From assembly GCA_030390025.1 (NCBI GenBank), contig CM059432.1:41232001-41296000 (forward strand): a DNA stretch of 64,000 nt, written 5' to 3'. Of the stretch, positions 60,804 through 64,000 are shown one piece after another; the stretch's first letter is position 1; every line of letters starts with the position of its first letter. The DNA comes from Squalus acanthias. Taxonomy: Eukaryota. The translations under genes were made by a program, and so were the position numbers. Under the pieces are notes generated by a model. It saw nothing but the letters and a program-made list of their open reading frames with translations. It ran no database searches and was not told where the DNA came from.

Positions 60804-61528
60804 GGCCCGTATTTTCCGATTGAAGGCTTCCTGCGTGCAGAGGCCTCCGATCTGGAAAAAATCTACGGACTTACCTGAGGGCTCCCGAGGTGCATATACT
60901 TCCGTTCCTGGGCGCCTCCAACTCGAAATGCACAGGGCTCACATATTCCAGAGGCGCATGCGGTTCGCAAGCGTCCCTGGAATCACGTGGGCCATGGGGA
61001 GCCAATAGGAGAAGGGAATCTCCCTTCATACACTTGACAGATAGACCTGTCAAATATATGAATGGAGATCAATCCAAAAACACTGTAAAATATTAAATAA
61101 TTTTTTTTTTTAAATCACATTTTTAAAATGAGTTGAAATTACAATAAATTAAATATTTTAAACAAAAATTAAATTTTTTGAAAAAAACAAAAAGTTTTTT
61201 ACGGGGCTAAAAATAAACTTACCTTTTTTAAAAGTATTTTTAAATGATAAATCAGTGAAAAAAAAATTTTAAACTTTTTTTCAACTCTTATGCTGGTAAA
61301 AGCAGGCCTTATGCCTGCTTTTACCAGGCATAAGATTTCTAAGGGTTTTCTGCGGGCAGAGGTTCTCCAGAAAGTGGAACTACCCGCCCACAGAGGCCCT
61401 TCTCCAAGAGCATTCTTGACAGATCGGAAATGCCGGTTTTCAGCGCATGCGCTTGGCATGCCTGCAACCGGCATTTCCGATGTCCCTACGGGTGTGTACC
61501 CACCCGTAGGAATCGGAATATACGGCCC
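60804..61528. mobile_element. Harbinger-type MITE related to 21681-22441, opposite orientation
   Basis: 17-bp TIR GGCCCGTATTTTCCGAT / rc GGGCCGTATATTCCGAT; AT-rich core; TSD imperfect. Confidence 0.82.
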
Positions 61529-61834
61529 AAAATCTTTGTAAACAGCTTTTTAAAAAATTACAAAGTAGCTAGTCAGCAAAAAGGGATAACATTTTTAAAA
61601 TTTCCATAGCAATTGAAACAGAAAAAATAATTGGTCACTCACCCTAGGCATGGTCGTGATAGTTTGTTACACACCACACACTGTAGGCAAGATAACATTC
61701 AGTTTAGGAAAGTGTATGGAAAGAGAAAGGATATGCTTCAGACTTGTTCCTTCAAGTCTCTTTATCAGACTCGCATTACCTTTCATTGGTTCAATTATAT
61801 AATATGACTCCCAGGTGACCATTTTCAGTTCTTT

Positions 61835-62542
61835 GGGGGCAAAATTCGGTTGCTTTGCGCCTCCTGTTAGCGCCCTAAGGAGGCGCTAACGGGGCGCAAA
61901 GCAACTAGCGCCCGGGCGCGGCGCCGCTAACGCCTCCCGTGAAATTCAGTGGGAGGTTAGCAGCAGCGGTAGCCGGTAGCGCCCTGCGGCACTGTGCCTC
62001 CAGTGATGATGTCATCGCCTTGTGCAGCACCCCGCTTGCACCCCAGCCGCAAACTTCGGTTGCGCCCCCTGACGTACCACCGGATGCTATGTCCGACAGG
62101 GTCAGGGGGGCGTACGTGTGGCCAGGGTGGCGATATTTAAAGGGGAGGTGCCAGGCGGCCATTTTTTTTGCTGGCCACCTGCCAGCACCTGCCACCTCTG
62201 CCGTCCCCGGTTGGGCCGCGATCGGGCAGCCCGGCACTCCTCTTGAGTGCTGAGCTCTTTTGCCAGCACCCCGATCCCTGGTGGCCCAGCTGGGCCCCGG
62301 TTCGCGCTGCGCAAGGCCCTTCCCCTTTAATAAGGGGAGGAAGGCCTGCTGTACCACGGCGCGACGTGCCGCCGTGCGTGGCGCTGCTGCACGTAGCACT
62401 GCAATATTGGGCTGGAGCGCTCCAAGAGGGAGGGGGAGCACTTCCAGTAGCGCCCCGCCTCCTGCTTGGGTGCTACCATCGAATTTTGGGCATGGGGGCG
62501 CTAACTTTTTCTGGGCAGGGGGCGCGACCCAATTTTTGCCCC
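61835..62542. mobile_element. Harbinger-type MITE, inverted relative to the 37630 and 46916 copies
   Basis: GGGGGCAAAATT / rc GGGGCAAAAATT; TTT TSD. Confidence 0.88.
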
Positions 62543-63234
62543 TTTGACTTTAAATATTTGATGTTGTAACGACGGCGAAACGGTCAGCGTTCGTCGCCAT
62601 TACTGTGTAAAACTGACAGCAACTTCTGACGTCTGCATATACACTGTTAAACATGGAAATCCAGCAGTTGCTGTCAGTAATACTGCTCCTCCACAAGGTG
62701 CGCTGTTGCAGTCTTCGCAGATGCAATCAACACAGAATCAGTGATGTGACGTGATCTTCAACTTTTTACACACTATTCTCGCTGTAAAAACCATTGAAAA
62801 AGTTAAGCCTTGTTGAATGAGGTGTAACTGAGCTTTTAACAGCGTACTAAGTCATAATTACTGTTCAACAACCTCTCCGGCCCTGAAAAATTAATTTATT
62901 AAGTCTGGAGTGTCATTCCCTCCATTCCATGATAAAAATTCCATAGATTTTTAAAATAATAAAAATAAACCGGAGCGGTTTAGGGAGGGAATCCCACTAG
63001 GAACTAGGCAGCTGAAGGCACAACCACCAATGGTGTAGTGAAGAAAATCGGGGATGTGCAAGAAGCCAGAAATGGAGGAGCAGAATTCTAGCAGCTTATC
63101 ATTCCCATAAATTGTACCTAAGTAGCGACCTACATGGGTAATGTTCATTGATACATGGCATTGTTCTATTTATTAAGTTGCCTAAGTTCTGTAGTGAACT
63201 TATTTATAAATACCTGTTTCCTCATTCTTTGTAG

Positions 63235-63311
63235 AAGACACCTATGAGCGAATGATCACTGTTGATGGAGAGGGCGCCACCCTTATTGTGATGGACACAT
63301 GGGAAAATAAG
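63235..63311 (+). CDS. GEM: GEM second coding exon (EDTYERMITVDGEGATLIVMDTWENK; RGK DXWE G3 motif)
   Basis: ttgtag acceptor, GTAGTA donor; 77 nt, phase 1 to 0, joins exon 45797-46118 in frame; gene continues beyond the window. Confidence 0.94.
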
Positions 63312-64000
63312 GTAGTACAATTATTTCTTAAGATTGGAATGCAAGTACATGTGTTGGCCATGCAAGTAGTGGTGGATTTCTCCTATAAAGATGCATCCTG
63401 TGTCTGGAGAGCTAATATTGCTTAAGCTGCATGAAATACCATTTGTAGCTCCATGGATACCGCACGTTTTATGTCCCTGCCAAAATCAAAACTTTCACCC
63501 AATAACAATTGTCAACCCAGCCATCATAACACAACCACCGCACTTGGGAATAAAAGTAATTTGTTATGTAAAATACTTTGAGTTGCTGCAACATGAAAGT
63601 TATATAAACGCAAGTATGATTTATTTATGTTTCACAAATGGCGGCTGAGTTCAGTTCAGTAGAATTACCCTTGAAGATTTCTTTATAAATGGATCAATAA
63701 TTAGAAGAGAACAGAATTTAAACTTTTCAGAAAAGGCACAATTGAAAAAATCATGGCAAACTCCTTCTAGATCTGTGCCAAGTGTCCGGTTTGCTTGTGA
63801 GAAATTCCTGATGGTGGTGTCCTGTTAAGTGCTGATGGCAGTGATGCGCCATTTATCTGTACTACACACGTGCAGTGCAAGCAGTTTTTAATTCTAATTG
63901 TATAGATAATTATTCCTAAAAAGAAAGCACAATTTGGTCATTAATTATTAAAGCTAATCACTTTAAAAGGTTGCGTTTATTTGATGTTAATGGCCCTGAG

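Overview
Eukaryotic genomic DNA, most likely a shark or other cartilaginous fish (inferred from the CR1/L2/DeuSINE/V-SINE repeat content). Two + strand host genes are present. The last eight coding exons of RAD54B (SNF2-family DNA translocase) run from 6416 to 33001, with all GT-AG junctions and phases consistent. The 5' part of GEM (RGK GTPase) has a promoter and non-coding exon near 44.9-45.06 kb and coding exons at 45797-46118 and 63235-63311, matching the RAD54B-GEM order known in human. Most of the remainder is transposon-derived: a decayed two-gene PIF/Harbinger element (817-5218), a Myb-only Harbinger remnant, about 11 Harbinger-type MITEs, a 7.7 kb hAT-type element with an 8-bp TSD that contains no recognisable transposase but holds ~3.9 kb of CT-rich tandem arrays, and many CR1/L2 LINEs and SINEs, often nested. 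I cannot support a new protein-coding system. The most interesting signals are MITE-borne cryptic cassette exons, an array of decoy splice acceptors, inverted LINE pairs flanking single exons, and several templated or fold-back repair scars.
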